From: a virus
DNA length: 41,573 nt
Virus record (IMG/VR): IMGVR_UViG_3300025153_000011
Reading direction: 5' to 3' (one strand)
Within the stretch, counting starts at the first letter, position 1. Each line of letters opens with the position of its first letter. This document shows positions 17,399 to 26,580 of the stretch, in pieces. The notes beneath the pieces were generated by a model that saw only the letters and a program-made list of their open reading frames with translations, did not search any database and was not told the DNA's origin. Both the position numbers and the translations under genes were made by a program.

Positions 17399-18880
17399 CT
17401 ATCTTCTACCTGGTACGAAGAACCTTGACGCCCCAGCCATCTGGCTAGGCTGAGTCCTAGACATAGGCTGTGCCACTTGAGGCTTAACAATCTGGCTTAC
17501 GATATAGTCCTTAGTCGCTGGGTCTTGGAACATTGGGTTAGCATCTAGCATAGCTAGTGTGCTTTGATATTCCTGTGGAGTCTTTGGCGAGCCATAACTA
17601 GCCACAAACTGATTGCCGGCGTCATAAGCATATTGCTGGTCGTATCTCTTGCTTGCATCTTGCTGAGCTCCGAATTGTGCCCACCCAAGAGAGTTACCAG
17701 CTCCGGACGACGCTCTTGAGGCTGAGAGACTCTGACCGAATTGCTTGTCTCCAACAGCGTCTCTTTGCTGAGTGTAGTCGAAGTTTCTTGTATCGGTAGC
17801 TTGCTGATAGCCGAAGTTTCTTGTATCTGTGGACTTCTGCCAATCAAAGGTCTGTCCCCATTGGTTCTGTTGCATATCCTGTCCTCGTGCTGTCAATTCA
17901 GCGGACAATCCTTGCATACCTAATTGGGCTTGTGTGCTTCTATCTGCCATAAGGTTCTGATTTACCATACCCATACCGCTAGACATTGCACCCGTTCTCA
18001 TTTGTCCTATGTTCATCATAGCACTGTTAAGTTGACTCTGTAGGTCTCCGAAACGCTGTGCCACAAAGTTACTTACGTTCATTCCCTGGGACTCTGCAAG
18101 TCTCGATTTAGCCTCAGCGTAGATACCAGACTGCACTAACCCTTTAGAGTTAAGGTCTTCTAGCATCTCTTTATGGAACCCTTCGGCTTCTCTTCTTATC
18201 ATTGCAATAGCGTTAGCTGTCTCTGGGTCGTCCATTCCCATTTGTCCTCTGATTTGAGCGGTTAAGTCTCCACCCATCTTATCTATGTAGGATAGCATAC
18301 CCTCCATCATCGCCGCCATTGTTGCCTGGTCTTGCACAGACGCACTAGCGTAATCATTTCTGATTTGGCTTACGGACTGTCCTACACTTCCTCCACCACC
18401 GCCACTGCCCACATTAGTCTCTAGCTGAGGCTGGTCTTGAGGTACTTCCTGTCCGCCTATTAGCGTAGTGCTAGAGTCAGTAGACTGCTGTGACGCTTGA
18501 GGTGCTTGTGGACTAGGACTTCCGCCGCCGCCAGTATTTCTAGGCGGAGTGTATCCACCGCCTGTGCTTGGTGCCGCTTTCGTGTTGCCCAGTGGCGTTG
18601 GTGTATACCCAGGATTAGACCCAGTACCCAAGATAGTTGGGGATGGCTTAGTCAAATTAGCCCCAGCTCCCGTTGTTATTGCTCCTGGGGCTGTGATGGC
18701 TGCCGCCCCCGAAGCTTTTCCGTCTGTGGCGTACTTGTTGACGTCAAACGATTTTAAGTTTGACGTGTTTGGCTTGTTTGATACGAATGGAGTCAGTTTT
18801 TGTTTGCCCCCTGTGTCATAGGTTTTGTTCTTTTTAGCGTCCAATAACGCTTGCATTTGTCTGGTTTGTGCACTTGACAT
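17399..18880 (-). CDS. Gln/Gly/Ser/Thr-rich virion protein (493 aa), candidate internal/ejection protein
   Basis: GGAGG RBS. Low-complexity N-terminal third (GGGGSPSPQAPQASQQ, GSGGGGGS) and a Q/M-rich C-terminal part. Synteny between the nozzle-like gene and the 1480-aa gene. Confidence 0.4.
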   Translation of the reverse strand: MSSAQTRQMQALLDAKKNKTYDTGGKQKLTPFVSNKPNTSNLKSFDVNKYATDGKASGAAAITAPGAITTGAGANLTKPSPTILGTGSNPGYTPTPLGNTKAAPSTGGGYTPPRNTGGGGSPSPQAPQASQQSTDSSTTLIGGQEVPQDQPQLETNVGSGGGGGSVGQSVSQIRNDYASASVQDQATMAAMMEGMLSYIDKMGGDLTAQIRGQMGMDDPETANAIAMIRREAEGFHKEMLEDLNSKGLVQSGIYAEAKSRLAESQGMNVSNFVAQRFGDLQSQLNSAMMNIGQMRTGAMSSGMGMVNQNLMADRSTQAQLGMQGLSAELTARGQDMQQNQWGQTFDWQKSTDTRNFGYQQATDTRNFDYTQQRDAVGDKQFGQSLSASRASSGAGNSLGWAQFGAQQDASKRYDQQYAYDAGNQFVASYGSPKTPQEYQSTLAMLDANPMFQDPATKDYIVSQIVKPQVAQPMSRTQPSQMAGASRFFVPGRR

Positions 18881-18894
18881 AATTTATACCTCCG

Positions 18895-19437
18895 TTAGTA
18901 ACTAGGCACGATTATCACTTTAGCTGATAGTGCCTGTGCTGAATAGGTCGCATTACTCGTATACGCCTTTAAAAATAGGTTCTCACTTTGCCCTGGTGGG
19001 GAGATTACACTTGAGCGTAATAAGCCTAGAGAAACTGCTTGAGTCGTTACAGTCGCTAGTTTACCCGAAACAGACCCCCAAAGCTCAAATGTGGCAGTAG
19101 CGGTGGCGTTTGAAACGCCACCAATTACTTCTAACATTATTTTTACATTCCCTGTACCCCAATTTGATGGAGTCCATTGAATTAGTGTCCCTACCACAAC
19201 AGCAGTTATGCTAACGGTAGTGTACGGCGTCGCTTGTGCAAATATCGAGTGCTCGTGAGAGAAATTTGCCAACGCCCCTGTCGAAACAGTATGTGCTTTT
19301 ATCAAACCCCCCGACAAGCCGTCGGGGAGGTTGGATTCATCTATGTTGTTAAGAGCTGTCCTAAGACGCTCCACAAACATCTTGAAAAATGCTGGGCTCC
19401 ATTTTTCGGGAGCCTTTTCTGAATTTAACCAGCCCAT
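18895..19437 (-). CDS. Hypothetical virion/tail-associated protein (180 aa)
   Basis: ATG at 19437 overlaps the stop of the upstream 2018-aa gene (TAATG). The longer ORF-track start (19503) lies inside that gene and is rejected. Confidence 0.55.
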   Translation of the reverse strand: MGWLNSEKAPEKWSPAFFKMFVERLRTALNNIDESNLPDGLSGGLIKAHTVSTGALANFSHEHSIFAQATPYTTVSITAVVVGTLIQWTPSNWGTGNVKIMLEVIGGVSNATATATFELWGSVSGKLATVTTQAVSLGLLRSSVISPPGQSENLFLKAYTSNATYSAQALSAKVIIVPSY

Positions 19438-22400
19438 TACATATTCCCTCCTGGGATAGCCCCTCTCATTACGTACTCGATTGTGATACCTTGTATAGCA
19501 CATCTACCCCGTAATTGTATTGTCAGAGTGCTTCCGAGTACAGCTCCGTATAACGGTGGCAGTATTCTTCGGCTATGTTTAGACCCAGCACCAGCTGGTA
19601 TCTCAGTAGTATACGTTCCAGTTATGACGCCGTCTACTATCAAGTCCACGTACAAGAGCGTCGTATCTGACGTTCCTGCGATGTCCAGGAATATATTCCT
19701 AAACAGCTTGTACCGTTCTGGTGCCTTGAAGTTAAAGTCTTTTGACTTCCATTTGTACGCTACTGGTATAGCGTCATCGTAGTCAGTAACGTCGACTTCG
19801 TGTATCTGTCCTGTCTCACTAGAGCCAGCTAGTAGTATATCTTCTCCGTACTGATTAAACTTGAGCCACGAAGAAACTGACCAGCCCTCTCTAATTGCCC
19901 AAGAATTTCTAAGGAAATCATACACCCAAACTACATTGTTGACAAGACTTTCTTCTGTCGGTAACGCTACGAATAACTTGTTTCTCCAGTATACGATAGC
20001 GGACTGCGATAACCTACGTTTGTTTATCATATTCCAGTTAGGTAACACACGCTCTGTGGCTACGATACTGTTGGCTAAATCCGTAAATCTGACACCGTCT
20101 TGAGCCACATAAGCCACGTACTTGTCTGCCTGGCATATCCCTCTTGCAGAAGAACAGCCCTGTTCGGACTCTAGCCACGATACCGAGTAGTTGGACGTCT
20201 TGTTTCCTGTAAGCAACGCCATTGACCTCTGTTTGGAAACTAACACGTTCTGCCCGTATTTCAGTATGCTAAGGATATAATCCCCGTCCTCTGGGTTGAA
20301 GTCGATAAAGTCAAACGCATCCCACTTCTCTGGGTCTAAGATGTTGCTGTAACGTACTCTTGACTGGTTCTCAGCATCTACGCCCCATACTCTGTTGTGA
20401 TGGGTAATCACGTGCTTTAGCGTAGGCGGAGAGTTAGGTACTGCCAATAACGTGTCTGTGGTACCGTCCCACTTCTTTAGCGGGTCTTTACCATTGGCTA
20501 TTATCAGCTTGTCTCTCAGTACCGTAAAGCTATAATCTGTTCCCAGTGATAGCCCCGTTCCCAGTACCTTGACACTGGCGTTCCCGTCCATTGATAGAAC
20601 GAGTTCGGTAAGCTTTGAGTTGTATCCATAGAACAACGCCTTTATCTGTACGAAGTTATTTGGTGGGCTAACTATGTTGTAACTAGCGTCCACGTTCGAC
20701 CACGAAGACCAGCCTGTTATTCCGTCTGGCGACGTTCTACTCATAAGTGCAAGAGAACCGCCTCCGTTAGTATACTGAGCCAATACCTTGCCAGAGTTCA
20801 GCGTCTTAGCCATCGACACATCAATCGGTGCAGATGTCCACACAGCAAGCTTTAAGTCGTCTGCTTCTCTGAACGTGAAGCTGTTTATGATTGGAGTCTG
20901 CATCTCGTTTGTGGAGACGTAATCAATCTTGAGCTGGATATATGGGTTCATAGTCAAATCGCTATAATCCCAAGCCACGTTGTCAAAATCAAACTTCTGC
21001 CAAGCCGTCCACGTGTCATTGTTGTAGGACGTCTTAATCCAGGCTGTGATTTTGGTTACAGGGTTTAAGACTATGAAGTCTGCAAAGGCTCCCGCCATCT
21101 CAAACTCGATTGTGTCTTGCTTGTAGGACGTCAAGTCGTATACTGGGCTTGTCCAAGACCCTGTTGATTGGAACCCAACCGTATACCCTACATAGGATTT
21201 CTTGTGTATAGGGGATAACGTCAACGCCGTATTAGGTGTCAGCTTCACTCTGTACTGTAAATAATTGGCAACTGGAAGTGTTGCAAAGGTAGTATTTACC
21301 CAGGCTGTCCAAGTGATATTATCCACAGAAGTCCTTGTCTGTAACGCTGTAGCCGTGCCTGTCGGAGTCAAATCATCAAGAGTATACCCGATGCTCTCGG
21401 CAGTAAGCCCGCCCATTGCAAGGGTTACAACGTCAGATGTCCAGTACCCCTCGGAGAAGTACCCTGTTTTGTAGGCTAGAGTAAGCTCTTTAAACTCTGG
21501 TGTGAGTTTTAGTGTTACGTCCGTAGCAAAGTTTACTCTGAATTTCATATACTTTGCCCAGGGTAGCGTTGCTGTTGAAAGCGTCGCATAAGCCGACCAA
21601 GCAGAGTTATCAGCCGAGGTCTTATACTCGATTGACGCTGTAGTACCGCTTGGTATAGTTAAAGTTTTTACTAACGTCTCTGTTCCTATCTCTGGAGCGA
21701 TAACTCCAGTGAAGTCCAGCACCGCTGTTTCGAACGTTCCTGTTCCGTAGTAGCTGTAGAATGTAGCATCCGCAATAGTTACTAGACTATTTTTAAGTCC
21801 CAGCGACTCTGCTTTAGTCCAAGCGTCTGAACGGGCTATGTTTGAAATACGAACTTCACCCATATCCATGTAAGCAGGTGTTGAGTTATCTGCACCTCTC
21901 CTACCTATATATAAAGGAAAGTTACCATATACCCCCGATGATTCATCTCTAGATACCCCTAGCAATGTATCATATACACCATTTGCATATAATTTATTCT
22001 CATTTGCAAACGCTAAACTTCGGTCAGAAGTTACGCCATAACAATTCCAGGAATTTGTCCTGTCTACAGTTGTGCCTGAACCATTGTATTTACTAACAGG
22101 CATCGTGTGACTAGTGAACGAAATTACGCCCGTGGTATCTTCTGTAAGCAGAAATGAGTTATTAGAGTTAAAATTCGAACTGTGCTCCATGATAATCTGT
22201 ATTGCAGTTTTATAGGAATCCCTAAACATTGTTAAAATTGATATTTTGTCAGTTGCACTTAGGTTTAAACTTGGTATTGTAATAAGATTGTTGTTAAAGT
22301 TCCTAGCTTTACCGTACACCGTGTCAACTACAGTAGTTCCCGTAGCAACACCGTTATTCCCATTACCAGTAGCATCTACCAAACTGTCTCCCATATGTTG

Positions 22401-25400
22401 TACCATAACGTAGTTGTCATCATATATGGTATCAAAGTTAGTGCAGAACACTACATCAGCACCGTCTATGTCGAATTGGGTTGGTGGCGTGAAGTTTGCT
22501 GTATGCCTACATCTATCTTTGGTAAATCTAATACCGCTAATTGAACCATTTACCCAACTGCCACCATTCCCTCCACCAATAATTATTTCACGAGTAGCAA
22601 TAGCGGTTGAAGGAATTGTCCCTGCTTTATTTCCACTACTTAATAATACTCCATCAATAAATATTTTTGCATTTCCAGTGGCTAACGATTGGTCATAGGT
22701 TACTTCTATATCGTGCATATTATAATCATTCGGAAAATACTCTGCGGTTGTAAAAGATATAACTGGAGAATTACTTACCCCTCTTGTCATATACACTGTG
22801 ATTCTTCTATCTACCCCTATTTCTAAGTACATACCGTGTGATAAAGATGCTCCGTTATTGTTATGAAAAAGAACCTGTACCCCTGTAAAACTATTTGCCT
22901 TATATTTAAACTCTGCTGTCCATTTTCCAGTAGTTCCCACTTGATGCAAGAAGTTAAAATCAGCTATGTTATTAGGTAGTGAGAAATAATCCCCACTCCC
23001 ATCAAAACTCGCTACCCTCTTGCCAGTCTGCACTCCAGTGACGAGTTTAACATTGCCGTTATAGGTAAGTGCCTTGCCTGTCATCTCTTGCCACGCTTCT
23101 ATACTGGCATTGTAGGCGTTAGGGTTTCCATACCACATGTAAATTTCAGTGTCGGTTAGGTCGGATACGGTTGGCACTTGAACATTATAGGTTGCTTTAT
23201 TGGTCGTTCCAGCTGCGTGTTCTTTCCTTTCAAACTTTAACTGATTGAGGTTCTTGTCTGTGAACCTTATGTCACTCCCGTTTGCCATTGCTTTTGTAAA
23301 GTCAAAGTTCCCTGAGTTAAGGTAAACTATCAAGGGGAAATAAGCCAAACTAGCATCTACTTGAGTTTCTGGTATAGTTATCTTTTTAGCATAACTCCAG
23401 CCAGATAGAGGTGAGATACCTTGAGCACCAGGGTCTACGCTGAGTATTACAGCGTCTTTGCCCGCGTCATACACTGTCTGGACTTTGGTTCCAGTGGTCT
23501 TTACGACGCTCCTGGAAACATCTACGCCTTGACGTGACAGAGCAACTCCCGTAGCTACGTTAGTAATATCTGTCTTGGTTCCGCTTACTTTGGCGTCTGT
23601 AACGTAGTAATTGACAGGCATTGCTTTTCTCACGATGGACAGCCCACTCTTACCACAAACCTTTAGGCTTGGCAGTATGGCTTTTGAGTAAGCGTTTGAT
23701 TGCACACCAATCGTAATCGACGTTCTAGCCTTGTCAAACTTAGCTAAGCCAAAATTCGCAGTCATATAGCTGATGCTCTTGACTTCGGTGTTTCCGTCTC
23801 CGTAGGTAGTCGTGTAACCCACTGATAGCAACGCTCGTAGCTGTTCTGTGGTCTTTTCTATCCACGTAGGGTTCATCTTTACAGCACAGACAGAAAAGCC
23901 CTTAAACACAATATCCGTCGTAACATAGAGATTAACTTCCCCTGTAGTTGGGTTTATAAAGCGTTTTGGGTCTGCTTTAATGCTTACCGTGTACGGTCTG
24001 AATACATTCGGGTCTATTGTGGCTACAAGAACCTGGGCGTTTGAAGTGCCAAGCTCTACTCCGCCATAAGGCAAAGCATAGACTAAAATCTTAGTTGTAG
24101 CATCAATCGGAGCGATGTTAAAAGTAAACGAAAGCTCCGTAGTCTTGTCCCTGTCATAGATTTCTACTGGAACGTAGAATTTCGTCTTTATCCCAGAGAA
24201 TTGTCCAGCCGTAGCTCCTGTTGCAAAGCTCGTAGCAACCCCAGTGTCTTTGATTGTCAAATATTCTGCATTGCTAAGCTCCGTGTTGGAAACGAACGCT
24301 GTAGACGTCGGAAAAGCCACAACCTTGAAGTTAGAGCAGTAAGGGTACAAAAGCCCTGTCTTATTGCCCGAATTTGTAATCGTGGTCTTTAGAAAGTTAA
24401 GTACGCCACTATCTAGCGTGAAGTCATCAAATATAACCCTATCGAGTCTATTTGCTAGTAAACTACAGTTTGCCGTCGGTACAGCGTGAGTCATCTCAAT
24501 CTGGTCTTTGTTGCCATATTCCAGATTTACGCTTGTTCCTGTGGCAAAACCAACCGTGTCATTCACAGTGACTTCGTGATGCAAATACTCAAGCATCAGA
24601 GAAGCCCCATAAAACGTCGCTGAGCCTGTTGTGTCTGTTGTAGGGTATAAGTCGCCAGCAATGCTAAATGACCCCATATAAGTCATATATGAGGGCTTTA
24701 CGGGCGTCCCAGACACCAAGTACCTGGATACTCCGTTTGCACTAGGACAATGGACACTTATCACATATTCTTTGTTAGCCTGTATAACCACAGTAGTCAG
24801 AGGGGCTAAAACGAGTTCAGCGGTCTGCACCGTGTTGATTTCAGTAGGCAACGGGGTCTTTTTAAAGCTTGTAAGCCTGTTATACGCCGTTGTGCCCTCA
24901 TTCTGCCAGGCTTCCCAAATGCTTATAGTGTATTCCACACCAGACAGCAGAGGTATCCATTTTAGCTTAAAGGCTTGCATTGTTCGGTCTACCTTGAATT
25001 TCCACCCATAGGTTGACCCAGCAACGCTGGAAAAAGGGCTGAAACCCGTTAATATGACGTCATTATAGAGCATCCCGAGTGTTCCAGCATCTACGACTAC
25101 CGAACCCTCTTCTCTTGTGATGCTGGCATAAGGGTTAATAGTACCCTTTTCCCAGTCGGCTTTTTCAGTGAACCTACTGCTCATTCTAGGAGCGTCACTG
25201 TAAACTTTGTCCCCAGCTGTCATAATTAAATGGCTGGTTCCGTCTTGTTTGAACAGCATACCAAGACCCGTGCAAGGGTTGGTGCTGTAGGGTTCTGTGT
25301 ATCTTTTGCGTCTCCCCTTTAGGGGTGCTATCGTGCCCTTTTGTTCAAAGGATACGTTTGTAGCTTCCTGGGCTTCGTTCTTGTTCAGAAGTGAGCCACT

Positions 25401-25493
25401 TATTGTCGTGTTAAGCCCTCCAGAGAAATCGTTCATCTGTTCTGTCTGAGACGGTGTTTCTGGTGCTTTTCTATCTGGTTCTACATAAGGCAT
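19437..25493 (-). CDS. Giant tail protein (2018 aa): nozzle/tubular-B-position protein carrying DUF2341, two LamG-like domains, four tandem beta-sandwich-like repeats and a C-terminal propeller-like region
   Basis: AAGGGGGCG RBS. DUF2341-like WSYAKKITIPETQVDASLAYFPLIVYL..GSDIRFTD (about 23110..23400). LamG-like FDGSGDYFSLP... (about 22500..23010) and LVDATGNGNNGVATG...YIGRRG...SDAWTKAE (about 21800..22420). Four repeats of about 97 aa (about 20590..21750). Position after the adaptor-like gene. Confidence 0.6.
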   Translation of the reverse strand: MPYVEPDRKAPETPSQTEQMNDFSGGLNTTISGSLLNKNEAQEATNVSFEQKGTIAPLKGRRKRYTEPYSTNPCTGLGMLFKQDGTSHLIMTAGDKVYSDAPRMSSRFTEKADWEKGTINPYASITREEGSVVVDAGTLGMLYNDVILTGFSPFSSVAGSTYGWKFKVDRTMQAFKLKWIPLLSGVEYTISIWEAWQNEGTTAYNRLTSFKKTPLPTEINTVQTAELVLAPLTTVVIQANKEYVISVHCPSANGVSRYLVSGTPVKPSYMTYMGSFSIAGDLYPTTDTTGSATFYGASLMLEYLHHEVTVNDTVGFATGTSVNLEYGNKDQIEMTHAVPTANCSLLANRLDRVIFDDFTLDSGVLNFLKTTITNSGNKTGLLYPYCSNFKVVAFPTSTAFVSNTELSNAEYLTIKDTGVATSFATGATAGQFSGIKTKFYVPVEIYDRDKTTELSFTFNIAPIDATTKILVYALPYGGVELGTSNAQVLVATIDPNVFRPYTVSIKADPKRFINPTTGEVNLYVTTDIVFKGFSVCAVKMNPTWIEKTTEQLRALLSVGYTTTYGDGNTEVKSISYMTANFGLAKFDKARTSITIGVQSNAYSKAILPSLKVCGKSGLSIVRKAMPVNYYVTDAKVSGTKTDITNVATGVALSRQGVDVSRSVVKTTGTKVQTVYDAGKDAVILSVDPGAQGISPLSGWSYAKKITIPETQVDASLAYFPLIVYLNSGNFDFTKAMANGSDIRFTDKNLNQLKFERKEHAAGTTNKATYNVQVPTVSDLTDTEIYMWYGNPNAYNASIEAWQEMTGKALTYNGNVKLVTGVQTGKRVASFDGSGDYFSLPNNIADFNFLHQVGTTGKWTAEFKYKANSFTGVQVLFHNNNGASLSHGMYLEIGVDRRITVYMTRGVSNSPVISFTTAEYFPNDYNMHDIEVTYDQSLATGNAKIFIDGVLLSSGNKAGTIPSTAIATREIIIGGGNGGSWVNGSISGIRFTKDRCRHTANFTPPTQFDIDGADVVFCTNFDTIYDDNYVMVQHMGDSLVDATGNGNNGVATGTTVVDTVYGKARNFNNNLITIPSLNLSATDKISILTMFRDSYKTAIQIIMEHSSNFNSNNSFLLTEDTTGVISFTSHTMPVSKYNGSGTTVDRTNSWNCYGVTSDRSLAFANENKLYANGVYDTLLGVSRDESSGVYGNFPLYIGRRGADNSTPAYMDMGEVRISNIARSDAWTKAESLGLKNSLVTIADATFYSYYGTGTFETAVLDFTGVIAPEIGTETLVKTLTIPSGTTASIEYKTSADNSAWSAYATLSTATLPWAKYMKFRVNFATDVTLKLTPEFKELTLAYKTGYFSEGYWTSDVVTLAMGGLTAESIGYTLDDLTPTGTATALQTRTSVDNITWTAWVNTTFATLPVANYLQYRVKLTPNTALTLSPIHKKSYVGYTVGFQSTGSWTSPVYDLTSYKQDTIEFEMAGAFADFIVLNPVTKITAWIKTSYNNDTWTAWQKFDFDNVAWDYSDLTMNPYIQLKIDYVSTNEMQTPIINSFTFREADDLKLAVWTSAPIDVSMAKTLNSGKVLAQYTNGGGSLALMSRTSPDGITGWSSWSNVDASYNIVSPPNNFVQIKALFYGYNSKLTELVLSMDGNASVKVLGTGLSLGTDYSFTVLRDKLIIANGKDPLKKWDGTTDTLLAVPNSPPTLKHVITHHNRVWGVDAENQSRVRYSNILDPEKWDAFDFIDFNPEDGDYILSILKYGQNVLVSKQRSMALLTGNKTSNYSVSWLESEQGCSSARGICQADKYVAYVAQDGVRFTDLANSIVATERVLPNWNMINKRRLSQSAIVYWRNKLFVALPTEESLVNNVVWVYDFLRNSWAIREGWSVSSWLKFNQYGEDILLAGSSETGQIHEVDVTDYDDAIPVAYKWKSKDFNFKAPERYKLFRNIFLDIAGTSDTTLLYVDLIVDGVITGTYTTEIPAGAGSKHSRRILPPLYGAVLGSTLTIQLRGRCAIQGITIEYVMRGAIPGGNM

Positions 25494-25511
25494 AGCGTTA
25501 CGCCCCCTTTC

Positions 25512-26144
25512 TTAAAGTATGATGTCCTCACTGAAACGGGCGGAATTGCCTGTATCGGTGTCTATAGTCTCTTTAACCCTTGTATTGGAACGCTTTAGAA
25601 GTTCTGAGATAAGCTCCCCCTTTCCAGAGTTAAAGGAGCCCATATATTCACGATACAGACTCATATTGCCATTTTTCCTGTGTGCACGTCCTACAGCGTA
25701 GTCAACTATCAGATTGTCCCAGCCGTTAGGAATTGCGGGTATATCTTCTGGTAAATTGAGTAGTGGGGGTTTGTAGACATAATAAAGCTTAACCGCTCCC
25801 GTTCTAGTTGCTGGGTAGAGGTTAATTACATCGTACGTCATAGCGTAGGTCTGTGGAGCTGTGTCTGTAACGTCAAGACTTTTCAAAGCCGAGGGCTTTA
25901 ATTTGGCGTGTCCGTATCTGACTTCAATCAGTTCCACAAAGTCATCGGGTAGAGTGACTTCCCCATCTACGATAGGAATTAGAGCGTACTTTTCAAACAA
26001 CGGTGTTCTGCCAAGTTCCTTGATGCAATCGTTGATAAAAAGCTTACGCTCTATGTCACTGATTAGCCCTGGGTCTAACTGCATTTCAGACCTAATAGCG
26101 TCTTGCAACGCTTGGAAACTCCTGTTGTTATTCAAGGTCAACAC
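25512..26144 (-). CDS. Head-tail adaptor / tubular-A-position protein candidate (about 210 aa)
   Basis: Assigned from synteny only, between the head genes and the giant tail gene. The ORF-track start is GTG at 26144. TTG at 26141 has better spacing to GAGGT, so the start is uncertain. Confidence 0.4.
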   Translation of the reverse strand: MLTLNNNRSFQALQDAIRSEMQLDPGLISDIERKLFINDCIKELGRTPLFEKYALIPIVDGEVTLPDDFVELIEVRYGHAKLKPSALKSLDVTDTAPQTYAMTYDVINLYPATRTGAVKLYYVYKPPLLNLPEDIPAIPNGWDNLIVDYAVGRAHRKNGNMSLYREYMGSFNSGKGELISELLKRSNTRVKETIDTDTGNSARFSEDIIL

Positions 26145-26514
26145 CTACCTCAAGCATTTCGAAGTCGTCGCTCTCCCCCACACCAATCAAGTCCAGAAGC
26201 TCTGCTTTGTTGGCGTCTCTGTGGTATTTGATGTCTGCAAGGTCTAGGGCTTCTTTCAGCTCTGCTTTTGTCATTTCAGCGTAATTCGGGATTTCTGGCT
26301 CAACTACTTCGTCTGCTCCGACGATAGGGTTATACCCCTCAATAACGTCAGTGCTTTCCAGTACGACGTTAGGCTTTACCATCGCATTGATGGTGTCAGC
26401 TACGTGCTGGGTAAGCTCTACGGACTTTGCATTTGCTGGAATTTTCACTGTTCCAACGCCGAATAGGTCGATTTTGATTTCACTGTTTGTTAGATTTTTA
26501 AAATAAGTTGCCAT
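26128..26514 (-). CDS. Small head-associated protein (128 aa) with C-terminal HeH/SAP-like motif
   Basis: AGGAGG RBS. Immediately downstream of the major capsid gene. C-terminal MTKAELKEALDLADIKYHRDANKAELLDLI resembles a helix-extended-helix motif. Confidence 0.45.
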   Translation of the reverse strand: MATYFKNLTNSEIKIDLFGVGTVKIPANAKSVELTQHVADTINAMVKPNVVLESTDVIEGYNPIVGADEVVEPEIPNYAEMTKAELKEALDLADIKYHRDANKAELLDLIGVGESDDFEMLEVGVDLE

Positions 26515-26530
26515 TTTTCTACCTCCTAAT

Positions 26531-26560
26531 TACAAAAAGGAGCGACGTATAGTCGCTCCT
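26531..26560 (-). terminator. Hairpin plus T-tract just after the major capsid gene (probable partial terminator)
   Basis: On the - strand: aggagcgac / gtcgctcct 9-bp stem (26538..26560), 5-nt loop, then TTTTGT (complement of 26531..26537). It lies in the 66-nt gap between the MCP stop and the next RBS. Confidence 0.55.
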
Positions 26561-26580
26561 CTTAGCCAATAACTTCCGTA

